DNA from: Mobula hypostoma
Taxonomy: Eukaryota
Assembly: GCF_963921235.1 (NCBI RefSeq)
Contig: NC_086108.1
Location: 67,148,001 to 67,212,000, forward strand
Reading direction: 5' to 3'
Length of the DNA: 64,000 bases
This document shows positions 13,650 through 26,714 of this stretch, piece by piece; within the stretch, counting starts at the first letter, position 1, and every line of letters begins with the position of its first letter. Both the position numbers and the translations under genes were made by a program. A model generated the notes under the pieces. That model did no database searches. It was not told the DNA's origin and worked only from the letters and a program-made list of their open reading frames with translations.

Positions 13650-13771
13650 AGGTGGACAATACTCATAATGTGCTACATACATCAAAGTTGCTGGTGAACG
13701 CAGCAGGCCAAGCAGCATCTATAGGAAGAGGTGCAGTCGACGTTTCAGGCCGAGACCCTTCGTCAGGGCTG
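13650..13771 (-). mobile_element. Penelope-like terminal repeat (pLTR) fragment inserted in CR1
   Basis: Homologous to the 3' end of the GIY-YIG-bearing copy at 14228-15620 (ATAGATGCTGC...CCAGCA). Confidence 0.75.
13734..13771 (-). ncRNA. Minimal type I hammerhead ribozyme motif of a Penelope-like element
   Basis: Minus strand reads CAGCC-CUGACGA-A-GGGU-CUCG-GCCU-GAAA-C-GUC-GACUG: intact CUGANGA and GAAA core, stem II, GUC triplet, stem I with one mismatch. Confidence 0.65.
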
Positions 13772-14227
13772 TAAGGTTGTAATTACCTCTCCCCTGGTAA
13801 TATGAATGTGCTCCAAAACATCTCCACTGTTTCCCCAATCTCACGAGCAACCTTGATTTTCTCCATAGTAAACTCTGAGGTGAAATATTCATTAAGAATT
13901 CCACCCATCTCCTGCAGCTCAAAACATTGTCAGCCATGCTGATTCATAAGGGGACCTATTCTCTCTCCCTAGCCACACCTTACCCTTTAATACAGCTATA
14001 TAATCTCTTGGGATTTTCCTTAACCTTCTCTTACCAGATTTCCCTGATCTTTTTCTCTTCCCTCTTTTTTTAAAAAACTTTTTTTAACTGTTTTTTTTGA
14101 AAGATTAAGTATTCTTAATATTTTTGTACTTCTCAAGGGCTTCACTTGTTCCCAACCTCTTAAACTTCCTTGACTAGAGCCTCAATATCTCTCAACCACC
14201 AAGATTCCCTAAATTTTCCAGGATGAA

Positions 14228-15620
14228 CAAACATTGACAAGAAAGCCTGAAGATGCTGGAGAACAGTAGAACAGTCTATGTTCCAAACCTACACCAGTAT
14301 CACTCCCCAACTTTTCCTATGCTACATCGATGACTGCATCCTGCACCCATGCTGAACTCGTCGACTTCATCAACTTTGGCTCCAACTTCCACCCTGCCCT
14401 CGAATTCACCTGGTCCATTTCCGACACTTCCCTTCCCTTTCTCGATCTCTCTGTCTCTATCTCTGGAGACAGTTTATCTATCGATAGCTTTTATAAACCC
14501 ACTGGTTCTCACAGCTACCTGGACTATACCTCTACCCACCCTATCACTTGGAAAAATGCCATCCCCTTCTCTCAGTTCCTCCGTCTCTGCCACATCTGCT
14601 CTCAAGATGAGGCTTTTCATTCCAGAACTAGTGAGATGTCCCCCTTCTTCAAAGAAAGGGACTTGCCCTCCTCCAGCATCAACGTTGTCCTCACCCGCAT
14701 CTCTTCCATTTCGCGCACATTTACCCTCACCCCATCCTTTCACCAACTCATCAGGGATAGGGTTCCTCTTGCCCTCATCTACCTTGTCCATTTGTCCCTC
14801 CCCACTGATCTCCCTCCTGGTACTTATCCTTGCAAGTGGAACAAATGCTACACCTGCCCCTACCCCTCCTTCCTCATTACCATTCAGGGCCCTAAACAGT
14901 CATTCCAGGTGAGGCGACGCTTCACCTGTGAGTCTGTTGAGGTCATCTACTATATCGGCTGCTCCTGGTGTGGCCTTCTGTATACATAGTTTGGGAGAAT
15001 CCTTTGCCAAGCACTTATGCTCTGTCTGTCAGAAAAAGTGGAATCTCCTGGTGGCCACCCATTTCAATTCTATTTCCAATTCCAGTTCTGACATGTCAGA
15101 CCATGGCCTCTTCTACTGCTGTGATGAGGTCATACTCAGCTTGGAGGAGAAACACCTTATATTCTGTTTAGGTAGCCTCCAACCTGATGGCATGAACATC
15201 GATTTCTCGAACTTCCAATAATTGCATGCCCCAACCCCTCCCCCCAACTATTCCCCCATTCCCTTTTCCTGCTCTCACCTTATCTCCTTACCTGACCACC
15301 ACCTCCCTCTGGTGTTCCTCCTCCTTCCCTTTCTTCCGCAGTCTTCTCCCCTCTCCTATCAGACTCCCCCTTCGCTGGCCCTTTATCTCTTTCACCAATC
15401 AATTTCCCACCTCCTTACATCACCACTCCCCCTCTCCGGGTTTCACCTTTCACCTCCCTCTTTGTACATCTTCCACCGCTCCCCCCAACTGCTTGCTCTA
15501 ACTTGTCATCTATTAGTCCAGTCCCGAAGATGGGTCGCGGCCCGAAACGTCGACTGTTCACTCTTTTCCATAGATACTGCCGGACCTGCTAAGTTCCTCT
15601 AGCATTTTGTGTCTGTTGCT
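14228..15620 (+). mobile_element. Penelope-like element, 5'-truncated (RT C-terminus, GIY-YIG endonuclease, pLTR)
   Basis: FHPALEFTWSISDTSLPFLDLSV...YKPTGSHSYLDY...SQFLRL; CxxxxCxxC linker; FTCES..VIYYIGCSWCGLLY; pyrimidine-rich UTR then pLTR; short inverted pLTR piece at the 5' end. Confidence 0.9.
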
Positions 15621-16010
15621 TGGACAAACTTTGGTTATTTTCTCTGGTGTGTTGGAGGCTAAGGGAAGACCCAGTAGAAGTTGGTAAGAATATAAGAGGC
15701 ATAGATCGGGTCGACAGTCAGAATCTTTTTCCCAGGGTGGAAATGTCACGATCTAGAGGACATGTATTTAAGATGGGAGGGGGCAAGTTTAAAGGAGATA
15801 TATGGGACAAGTGTTTTCCATGGAGAGTGGTAGGTGTCCAGAATAAGCTTTCAGGGGCAGTGGTGGAAGGATATACGTTTAAGAGGCTGCTAGATAGGCA
15901 CACGTAATTACAGGGAATGGAATAATATGTATCATGTGTAGGCAGAAGAGAATTGGTTTATTTCAGCACAGACGTGGTAGGGTGAAGGACCTGTCCCTGC
16001 ACTGTACTGT
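15620..16010 (+). mobile_element. CR1 LINE 3' end
   Basis: IRGIDRVDSQNLFPRVEMSRSRGH...FKRLLDRH. Confidence 0.8.
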
Positions 16011-16339
16011 GCCATATTATACGCTATGATCTAAACGTAGCAGTAATGATGATCTGAATTTTAGTCTGGGTTTGAGAAATGAAGAACATCAAAAGTCATT
16101 GGTTCATAACGATTCATAATGATATGTGTAACTGTAGAAGTACATGGACAAAGAGGCTACAGGCTCTTTGTTCATCTACTTTAAATTGAGTTATTAGCAC
16201 CTATTAGAAACTCAATTGTTCAAGTCCAAAAGCATTTGATGCTTACAAGTATGACAAAATAAGATACCAACAGGTGCTTTGACATCTTGAGGATGCTATG
16301 GTACACATCAGCCAGGATGTCTGGAATAAGAACCTAAGA

Positions 16340-18010
16340 GCAAAAGAAATAGGAGTTGGAATAGATCATATCTTTCCTTAGTCCTGCTCCACTATTTAAT
16401 AAGTCCATGCTTGATCTAATCTTGACCAGCTCCTATCGCTGCAGGTTCTCATAATTATTAACTGTCTTGTAGACCAAAAATATGTTTACGTTAAATGGAA
16501 GATGCCTTCTTCTGAAACTCCCTTTAGATTCCAAGGTGATGGAAAACTTCTTCCTGCCATTTAACTAGCCCTGTATTCTCAGAATCATACAAGTTCCAAC
16601 ATTATCTCTCATTCTTCTAAGCTCTCTGAGTTTGACCCAACCACCTCAATCTTTTCTCATCAGACAATCTCTTCATGCTAAGGAATCTGTTCTGCTTTGC
16701 CTCCATTGCTTCCAATCCAAACATTTGTTTTGCACTGAAAGTCATCATTCCTTTCACCTTTCTCATTATTAATATTCTCATGATAATTTCCTTTATTTCA
16801 TGTACAGATTAATATTCTTTATTTCACATACAAAAAACACACCAAGTGCTCAATTATTCTGTGGCCATTTAAATAATAATATGCTTTTATATACTTCCAA
16901 CAGTCGATAACCTTACACATTTCCCACGTTATACCATATTTTTGCCTATTCGCTTAACCTGTCAATTTCCTTTTGCATACTCTTTGCATCCTCATCACAA
17001 GTAGTCCCACCTGTATTGGGTACCAGCATCAAATTGGCTGTAGCATATCTAATCTTTTAACATAGATTGTAAATAATTGAGAGGTCAGCACTGATCTGTT
17101 TGGCATCCACTGACTGCCAACCTGAAAATGAACCACTTATTCCCACTTTCTGTTTTGTATTACATAACCAATCCTCTATCCACAGTAATATATCACCCCG
17201 ATTGCCATGAGCTCTCATATTGTGCAGTAACTTTTTACATGACACCTTATCAAATGTCTTCTGAAAATCCAAATGCACCGCATCAACTGGCCCCCTTTTA
17301 TCCACCCTGCTTGTTATTTCCTCAAAGAACTCTAATAAATTTGTCAAACACAATTTCCCTTTCATAAAACAATTTTGACTCCTTGATTGTTTTATGATTT
17401 TCTAAATGTCCTGCAACTACTTCTATAGTAATGGATTCCAGCATTTTCATAATGACAGATGTCAGGATAATTTCCTGCTTTCTCTCTCCTCCTTTTTTGA
17501 ATCAATATGTTACATTTGCGGTTTTTCAATTCACTGGGAGTTTTCCAGAATTTAGTGAATTTTGGATGATCAAAAGCAATACACTGACTATCACTCTATC
17601 CACTTCTGACTTCGGTCCCTTCGATTGCCCTGTACCTTTTCTCCAAGGATAAGGTTGTTTGTCCTTAGATTTCCTGCAAAAATTAGTATGCTTTTAAAGT
17701 CATCTAGCAAGAAGGTTGATACAAAACTTCTGTTCAGAGTTACTAATATTTATTTATTTCCAAAAATTAATTTTCTCATCTCATCCCCCAAGAGAAGAGT
17801 ATTTGCGTTAGCTAATCACGTCTTTTTTTATATGCTTGTAGATTTTTATATTTCTTGCTAGTTTACATTGGTAATCTGTTTTTTCCCTTTTTTTATTTTT
17901 TAATTAACTTTTGTTATTAAACTAATGTTCCCAGTTTTCTACTCCTTGTAATATTATTGGATTTTCCATTCATTTCAACATTGTCCTTGAGTTCTTTAGT
18001 TAACCATGGA
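16340..18010 (-). mobile_element. Degraded CR1 LINE
   Basis: ORF 17057-17365 KGKLCLTNLLEFFEEITSRVDK...HLDFQKTFDKV. Confidence 0.8.
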
Positions 18011-18029
18011 TAAACTGACATCAGTAGAT

Positions 18030-19130
18030 TTTGTGTGGCACTTTGATACAGCGAGTGGAGGTGCTGCCGCAGACCTCTAGCAACACTGTTTCAGTCCAAA
18101 ATCCCCATGAATATGCAGGTTCCCCTCGAAGTATGGGTTCCTTTCCAATGTTGATAGGTTAATTGGTACTGGTTTATTTTTGTCACATGTACGAAGACAC
18201 AATGAAAAGCTTGTCTTGTACAGTGTTTATACAGATCAAGTCATTACACAGTGCATTGAGCTAGAATAAGGCAAGACATAACAATGCAGAATAAAGTGTA
18301 AAGGCTACAGAGAAAGTGCAGTGCTTCTAAACGATAGGATACAATATCATAATGTGGTTGATTGAGAGGTCAAGGGTGCATTTTATTGTTCGAGATCTAT
18401 TCAAGATTCTGATAACAATGAGATAGAAGCTGTCTTTGAGACCGGTACTTTCAGGCTTTTGTAACTTCTGCCCCATGGGAGAGTGGAGAAGAGAGAATAT
18501 TTGGGATAGGTGGGGCTTTTATTATGCTGGCTGAGGCAGCAAGGCATATAGACAGAGTCTATAGATGGGAGGCTCATTCCTCTGATGTACTGAGCTGCGT
18601 TCACCCGTGGCCACATACAGAGCAGTTGCCATTCCAAGCCATTATGTATCCAGACATAATGCTTTCTGTGGTATATTGATAAAAACTGGGGACTTGTTAA
18701 ATTTCTTTACCCCCTTTAGGAAGTTTCTTGAGCTTTCCTGGCCATGCCATCAAAGTGATTGGACCAGGACAGGCTATTAGTGATGTTTATATCTAGGAAC
18801 CTGAAGCTCTCACCTTCTCAACCTCAACACTGCTGATGTCGACAGGGGCAGGTGCATCATTTTCCTTTCTGAAGTCAATGACCAGCTCTTTTGTTTTGTT
18901 GACACTGAAGGAAATGACGTGGTCATGACACCATGCCACTAAGCTCTTTATGGTCAATGCAAATTGTCTTTAGCGTGTGTAGGTGAGTGGAATTGTCCCC
19001 CACGTGGGTAGGAGAGCTGACAAAAATGTGAAAGGAAAGTGAGCATAGTGTAGGGTTGCTGTTAACAAGTGTTTGGTGGTCAGTGTGGTCTCAGTGGGCT
19101 GTAGAGTGCTTCAGTTCTATATGACACTCA
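18030..19130 (+). mobile_element. tRNA-derived SINE interrupted by a Rex-type LINE
   Basis: tRNA-like head, then GGTTAATTGGT...(insert)...TGGTCAATGCAAATTGTC; resembles 40695-41000 and 48110-48430. Confidence 0.45.
18165..18950 (-). mobile_element. Rex1/Babar-type LINE 3' fragment
   Basis: RVNAAQYIRGMSLPSIDSVY...LFSTLPWGRSYKSLK. Confidence 0.75.
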
Positions 19131-20042
19131 GTCTTTATGATCCTTTTTGGAGGTACTTTACTTCTTAATGGATCATATCTTTGTCTGTAACTGGAAGTGA
19201 CTGGCTGTGCAACTCAGTGTGCAGCAACAAAGACTGGACCAGCAGAAAGAAGAAAGGACAATTTAGAGGAGGAGGAGAAGGAATTGGAAGTGAAGCAAGA
19301 GGAGAAGAGAGAAGAGTTGTGAGAGGTGAATGAGGAAGGAAGAGGATGAAGAGACATTGGGGAGGATGACAGAACAAGAAGAAAGGAACGGGTGGGGGAA
19401 GGAGAGGAGTTGAAGAGGAGAGCATGAAGACAATGTATCCCAACTAGTGCATTTTAAAGACTGTATTTCTTTGACCAGTAGTGATTAATCACTTTTTCCT
19501 GCTGTCATCAGTCAACTTAAAAGACATATTTTTATCCGCAAACAAGAAAGTGCAAAATGGGAAAGTGCTGCAAGGCAGCATCTTAAATTGTTTTAACTGC
19601 ACAACAGAAACATCACACCACTAAAATCTCACATGAAGCCTTGAGCTTCCCTGTGTTCAACTTTACCTCCAGCTCCAATGTGCTACACTTTGGTGGGTCT
19701 GAGTTAATGCAGAGTTAGAGACTGGTTCTGATCCCAGCTGTCTGCTGAGAGGCTCTTGGCCAACAACTTGTACGAAGTCTGTAAAGGAGCTTGTCAAGGA
19801 TGCCAAAAGGAATCCAGGTAGCATTTTGGGTGGTGTCTAGGAATGGTTGAGAGAAGCAGTGTAGAGAGATTGGCATGGAGGAAGGGAAGTGAGTCTTCAC
19901 ATGAACATACCCTTTTCCCATTGTCAAGCCACATTTCACTGCAGGAGACCATGCTAGTGAGGCATAGCAAGCCCCAGACTAAGCAATATAGCATCCTGTT
20001 TAAGGTGGCAGAGTCTGTCATCCTGTACCTTCATCTGTGATA

Positions 20043-20340
20043 AAGTTCAAGTTCAAGTTTAATTGTCATTCAACCATAGATGAATATCTATGAATACAGC
20101 CAAATGAAATTGCGTTCCTCCGGGTCCAAGGTGTAAAACACATTACCAACAGTCATACACAGCACAAACACATACAATATAGCACACAGAAGGTACCAGT
20201 AAACATACAGTCACCCAATAAACATATAATATAGCCCAAGTCCCTGAGAGTTGTGTCCTGTAGGTTCATGGAGCGCGGATTTTGTAAGGAAGAGCAAGGC
20301 TGCAATGCACCAACTGACTGATTAGATGGAGAGTTAGGAC
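20043..20340 (-). mobile_element. LINE 3' UTR fragment
   Basis: AAGTTCAAGTTCAAGTTTAATTG tail; homologous copy at about 22985-23140. Confidence 0.6.
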
Positions 20341-21457
20341 TGGGTTTTCTATGGCTGCACTAAGAACCAGCCGTGATCAGGATGGGCTCAGCAGTTCTGC
20401 TCAGTGCACGTGGAGTAACTGTGGGTGCATCACTAATTTTCTGCGGCTCTACAATAATTATCCCTCTCATCATCAAAGGACTGGACAGCGCTCTACCCCT
20501 TTGATGTACGCTCTCCACAGCTGTCCCTACAACCACAGTCTTGCTCAGTCTGGTCTATGAAAGCCCATCAGCATTTTCCCAAAGCAGCTGGGACTGAACA
20601 ACAAATGCCAGCAAAGCCCACTTTCCACAGATGAATAAAATAGAATAAATCAGTCCCCGAATGCGGTTTAATGCTTAATGCTGATGATTGCAACGGAAAC
20701 TTGTATTTTGTGGCACCACTATAACTCACCTTGATCAACTCAAAAACATACACATTCCTAGGAGTGATGTTTGTGAATCAGAAATATCCTGCTTCTTATT
20801 AACATATGTATTCCAATAAGTTCTTCGAACTATATTTACTCATATAAAGGCTATTTTTTCTGAAACTTAAAGATATAAAGAATGACCCTTTTCTGGTATT
20901 TTAGTGCTATACCAGTCCTAAAGCGTCAGCGCAAACTGCAGCCACCAGCTCCAGAAAGGCACTCACATTTCAGTTGGTGCTGTTGCCAAATGATATAAAA
21001 CAGGACCAAACATTTTCATCAATCACGCTATTAAATTCCGTTATGACACCTGATCATGACAATTAAGAAAATCTCAGGTTTCATTGAAATTCTGGGATTT
21101 ATCAGCATGTCTTATCAGATAAAACATTGCCTATGTGGCAGTTCATAATGAGAACCTCTACTCTTTAATAGTTCCTATAATTATGGTGTAATGATAAGAT
21201 AAGATGTACTGCAGTAAGAGCTTTTAATTGCATGATCAGACCTGACAGGTTTTAAATCAGTCACATTTCAAATACTAAAGCTATTTCTGAAGGTGATATG
21301 TGGCAGGTGGCAGCTTCTGTAATGTGAATGGATGGGTAATGATATGTCTGTGTGAGACCAATGAAGGGGGTCATATGTGAATATTCTGGGGTGAAAGTTA
21401 TCTTTAGTAGTTGGGTCTGAATGAACGTGAGGTTAACAGGACAGATGTCCTCAACAT

Positions 21458-22573
21458 CTAGACACTAGACACTAGAATACTAGAGCACAGTACAGGCCCT
21501 TCGTCCCTCGATGTTGTGCCAACCCATATATTCCTTAAAAAAAAGTACTAAACCCACACTACCCTGTAACCCTCTGTTTTTCTTTCATCCATGTGCCTGT
21601 CCAAGAGGCTCTTAAATACCCCTAATGTTTTAGCCTCCACCACCATCCCTGGCAAGTCATTCCAGGCACTCACAACCCTCTGTGTAAAAAACTTACCCCT
21701 GATGTCTCCTCTAAACTTCCCTCCCTTAACTTTGTACACATGCCCTCTGGTGTTTGCTATTCGTGCCCTGGGAAGCAGGTACTGGCTATCCACCCTATCT
21801 ATGCCTCTCATAATCTTGTAGACCTCTATCAAGTCCCCTCTCATCCTTTTACGCTCCAAAGAGAAAAGTCCCAGCTCTGCTAACCTTGCCTCATAAGACT
21901 TGTTTTCCAATCCAGACAACATCCTGGTAATTCTCCTCTGCACCCTCTCCATAGCTTCCACATCCTTTCTTTAATGAGGTGACCAGTACTGAACACAATA
22001 CTCTAAGTGTGGTCTCACCAGAGATTTGTAGAGTTGCAACATGCCCTCTCTACTCTTGAACTCAATCCCCCTATTAATGAAGCCTAGCATCCCATAGGCC
22101 TTCTTAACTATCCTATCAACCTGTGCAGCGACCTTGAGGGATGTATAGATTTGAACTCTAAGGTCCCCTCTATTCATCCACACTCTTAAGTAACCGACCA
22201 TTAACCCTGTACTCAGCCTTCCGGTTTGTCCTTCCAAAATGCATCACCTCACACTTATCTGTATTGAACTCCATCTGCCACTCTTCTGCCCAACTCTGCA
22301 TCCTGTCTATATCCTCTTGTAACCTTCGACAACCTACAGCTCCATTCACAACTCCTCCAATCTTCGTGTCATCCGAAATCTTACTCACCCATCCTTCCGT
22401 CTCTTCATCCAGTTCATTTATAAAAATCACTAAGAGCAGGGGTCCCAGGACAGATCCTTGCGGCACTCCACTAGTCCCTGACCTCCAGGCAGAATACTTT
22501 CCTTCCACTACTACCCTCTGCTTTCTTCCTGTAAGCCAATTTTTTTATCCAAACAGCCAAGGTTCCACTGAAT
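21458..22573 (-). mobile_element. Relatively young 5'-truncated CR1 LINE
   Basis: SGVPQGSVLGPLL...SKISDDTKIGG; VRPHLEYCVQYWSPH; ERVQRRITRML...; (CTAGACA)n microsatellite tail at 21458-21485. Confidence 0.92.
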
Positions 22574-23159
22574 ACTTAGTTTCCCTCAGCTTCTTCTCAA
22601 ACTCCTATCCACACTTTAACAACCAACAGTTGGATTTTCCATTGCATTTCCTTTATTGAACCTTCTGTGAATCTGTGGTATCCTGAGACACCGGATGCTG
22701 CATTGGTGTCATGAACCACCATTCTATTCAATAGCTTTGACAACCCAGGAGTAGTCTTTTTATGTTGCCTATTGATTATATAATGAATCTCCTTGAAGTC
22801 AATTCATTCCAATAGCTATTTAAAAAGCAAGATGCAAATACAATTATTGCTGAATTGCTGACACATTTAAAAGCAAGTGATAGTTCTATTACAATATAGC
22901 AATCTTGTAAGTAGATGTATGTATATGATTACTGAAGATACATAGTCTTGCAGAAATTATACAAAAACTGAAAAGCATCTGAATGTAAGTTTAAGTTTAA
23001 TTGCTATTCAACCATACATGAATACTCATGAATACAGGCAAAGTGTTACTCTGGGGCTAAGGTGCAAAATATAATACCAACAGTCACACACAGCACAAGT
23101 AACATATAGCACATATACATAAGTATGTAATTGCATAACATTCCGTTCTTTTCTTCATC

Positions 23160-23830
23160 AGTTGCCTGTTCAGCTTCCTTTTAAACGTAACTTACTTATT
23201 TCACCTACTCCCTGTGGAGTGGTGTCAAAATGGTTGCTGTGACGTGTCCAGTGCGATAGTGTACCGGGTCGTGCTTCTTGTTCTCACTTTCAGCTTCCAT
23301 CACCAGCTAGCAACTTTGCGAAAAAGAGAGCTGAATGTGTAAACCTCTCCCTGCTGGTACATAGCCTCTCCAACAGCAAGCCTCATGCAGTTCCTTCTTG
23401 CCGGCAGCACACAGAAACTAAACTCCTTTCGGACTCAGGCTGAACTGCGGAGGACAGAGAGGAGGTTGGCCACAGCACATGTGGCACACAGGCACTCCAG
23501 TGTGTGAGCACGTCCTGGTGCTCGTAAGTAGCCCCACTACCTTGTGGGCAGCCTCGGGAGAGATGAAGGCTACGGGAGTAAACCCAGACAGCAAATCCAG
23601 AGTGGAGCCCTTAAGACGGCTGGACGTCATCGAACATCCTTCCGGCAGCTCCTGCAGCCAAGCTGGTGCCAAACTTATTGCTTCATAAGCTTTCCTTTGG
23701 GCTACACTGGTGAGGCCAAGAGGGGGATCTAGGTGACTGGGCATCTCAGGATCTCCATACCTTCCGTCCAGGCTTGTGGTGATGATCATCATCACCCACT
23801 GCTCTTCAAGTCAGATGGAGATCCCTGTGG
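23160..23830 (+). mobile_element. RTE-type non-autonomous element / 5' UTR remnant
   Basis: GTAAACCC...GGAGCCCTTAAG...GGCAGCTCCTGC...GCTGGTGCCAAAC motif shared with the reverse strand of 32062-32412; RTE assignment from recalled consensus. Confidence 0.5.
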
Positions 23831-25437
23831 CCATGAGCTCTATGCTTTCAATACCTTCATCAGGACTCATTAAACATATCTCAGTGCCTTAATCCCAGTT
23901 CCTACTGCTAATGATACTTACTGTTTAAAAGATCAATTAAGATGATCTGATCAACAAAAATTGCATGAAAAGATCTGTATAGTGCCATGGTACAAATTTG
24001 CTCACATTCCTGTACTTCCATCAACAAACTGCTGAATATTTTTCAGATCCATTAAATTCGCATTTACAATATCAGTTCGTACACAACTGGAAGAATACAT
24101 CATCAGTTATGTTCATTACAGCATTCCTAAACGAATTAAACATCAAACTGCTGGATTATAGGCCTTCATAATCTAGCCTGGTGCTGTCCTTACTGCTTTC
24201 TTTTGCAGGTAAGCTGCAGATCAGTGCTGCCAAACCAAGTGGAAGCTTGCTGTCAGGAACTGGATGGCAGATGCATGATCTCTATACTTTGTATCCACGC
24301 CAAATCACTCGGGAAATGTCCAGCCCTCCAGCAATGGGCGTCTTCCACTCTCAGACTGGAAATGAAAGAACTTGCAGTATTTCTTTGATGATGTATGATC
24401 ACTGAGCTGCAAGCTTATGCCTTTAATTTTTCAAGGCTGCTCTTGCTTCCACTTGAGCCACTAGAGGGAGATCCAAATTCAAAGCCAATAATTTCTCCAG
24501 AGGGCGAAAGGGACTGTGAAGACCATTTGTTGAAGGTCAGCTCTGCACATACAGTAGCTCAGTTCTGGCAGCCTGGGAATTTTCCACCCATTTAGGTAAT
24601 GAATATTGTAATTAGAGCTAAAATATTTAAGCATGTGAAATGGGAAATGAAAACATATACATTCAATTACTGAATAATTATAATGTGTTACAATAGTAGA
24701 ACATTTCTATAAATATCAAATAACATTTGAATATAATTTTCAGAAAAATGGTATAACAACACAGATGCTGGAAAATGATGACCGCCAACAAGGTGAAACA
24801 AATATGGAGATTCCATGCTGACCTCAGCATATCCCAGCTGACTTCTCACTAACAGTGGTGTCTTGTAAGAAACATGGAAACCAGTGTGCGTACTGTAAAC
24901 TCATATAAACTGCAAGATGTCTGGGACTATATAGGGATATAGGTGGGGACACAAATGCTGGTCATTACATGAACAAAACACCTTGTCCTCCTTATTAAGT
25001 ATACTTTACGTCCTAGCTAAGGGAGAGATACTTTACTGAGGGGCAGTTTGCACTTGAAGTAGAGGGGAACCAATATCCTTGCAGGGAAATTTTCTGGTGC
25101 CACACAGAATGGTTTAAACTAGATTGGCAGGGGAGTTGGACTCAGAGCAGAAGCATGCCATGGGATAAAGCAGTAACCGGCAAGAGTGAGTCAAGTGATC
25201 AAGATAACCAGGGTCACTATAAGGACAGGGATAGGAATACTCTTTTAAGCTGCTTTTCTTTCAGTGCTCAAGGTTTAACAAGTAAGGCAGGTGAACACGG
25301 AGCCTGGACTGGCTCTGAGAACTGGGACGTTATAGCTATAACAGAAACATGGCCGAGAGAAGGGTGGGGCAGGCAACTCAGTGTTCCATGATACAGGCAT
25401 GACAGAGGTACAAATATGCGAAGAGGGATCCTAGTCT

Positions 25438-26128
25438 TCGCAGTTTACCTACAGTATCTGGTGCTCCCGGTATGGCCTCCTGTGTATCGGTGAGACCTGA
25501 TGTAGATTGGGAGGCTGTCTCACCGAGCACCCACACTCCGTCCACCAGAAAAAGCAGGATCTCCCGGTTGCCACCCATTTCAATTCTACTTCCCATTCCC
25601 ATTTCGACATGTCAGTCCATTGCCTTCTCTCCTTCCGCGATGAGGCCATACTCAGGTTGGAGGAGCAACGTGTTATATTCCGTCTGGGTAGCCTCCAACC
25701 TGATAGCATGAACATTGATTTCTCGAACTTCCAGTAATTGCCACCGACCCCCTTCACTATCCCCCCATTCCCATTTCCCTCTCTCACCTTATATCCTTAC
25801 CTGCCCATCACCTCCCTCTGGTCCTCCTCCTCTTCCCTTTCTTCCATTGCCTTCTACCCTCTCCTATCAGATTCCCCCTTCTCCAGCCCTTTATTTCTTT
25901 CACTAGTCAACTTCTCAGCTCTTTACTTCACCACTCCCCCTATCCTGGTTTCACCTATTATGTGTCATCTTGTATTTCTTCCTCCCCTCCCCCCACTTCC
26001 TTACTCTGACTTCTCATCTTTTTTTTCCAGTCCTGATGAAGGCTCTTAGCACAAAACATCAACTGTTTACTCTTCTCCATAGATGCTGCCTGGCCTGCTG
26101 GGTTCCTTCAGCATTCTGTGTGTGTTGC
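25438..26128 (+). mobile_element. Penelope-like element 3' fragment (GIY-YIG end and pLTR)
   Basis: DLPVATHFNS...RLEEQRVIFRLGSLQPDSMNIDFSNFQ; degenerate TSD AGGGATCCTAGTCT/AGGGATTCTAGCCT. Confidence 0.88.
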
Positions 26129-26714
26129 AGGGATTCTAGCCTAATTGACAAGAGTAGTACTTAGAGGTGCCATTCTTCGGGGAATATCTAGTAAGGTGAA
26201 ATGGATAGAACTTAGAAACAAGAAGGGGAGGGTCACTATAGTTGGACTGTATTATAGCCTGACCCCCATAGCCAAAAGGAACTTGAGCAACAGGTGTGAA
26301 GAGAAACTGCTTGTAGTCATAGGAATAACAACGTTACATTAGTAGGAGATTATAATTTCCCTACCGGAGTTCAAAGGGCATGGACAGGGTGGGGTTTGTG
26401 AAATATATCCAGAACAATTTTCTGAGTCAATATACAGAGGGGCATTCTCGAGAGGCTGCAATACAGGGCCTTCTCTTTGGGAATAAGTTAGGGCAAATAT
26501 CTGAAGTAGCACTTTGGCTCCAGTGACTGTAATTCTATTAGCTTTAAGACTAATAGAAAAAGATAGGAATTGTTGACAGTTTAGGGTCCTAAACTAGAGC
26601 AGGGCTAATATTGACGTAAATTAAACGGGATTTAGCAGAGCTCGTTTTGGGAAGCCTCCTTGAAGGGAAAGGAAGAAATAGCAAGAACCCATGAGCAGCA
26701 TGTTCCTGGCAGAG

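Larger units (their letters stand above)
12150..14215 (-). mobile_element. Degraded CR1 LINE
   Basis: ORFs give MDFNTDKCKVIHF, VLQGSVLGPLLF and FFMQRMVRIWNKLP. Confidence 0.8.

Noticed and set aside
19715..20021. Possible Harbinger/HARBI1 nuclease relic (G.KGY...FGIL.K)
   Set aside because: Only a few scattered residues match; no TIRs or other motifs
24181..24600. Strong splice acceptor CTTTCTTTTGCAG followed by short ORFs
   Set aside because: Peptides unrecognisable and stops intervene before the next donor; cannot be told from chance
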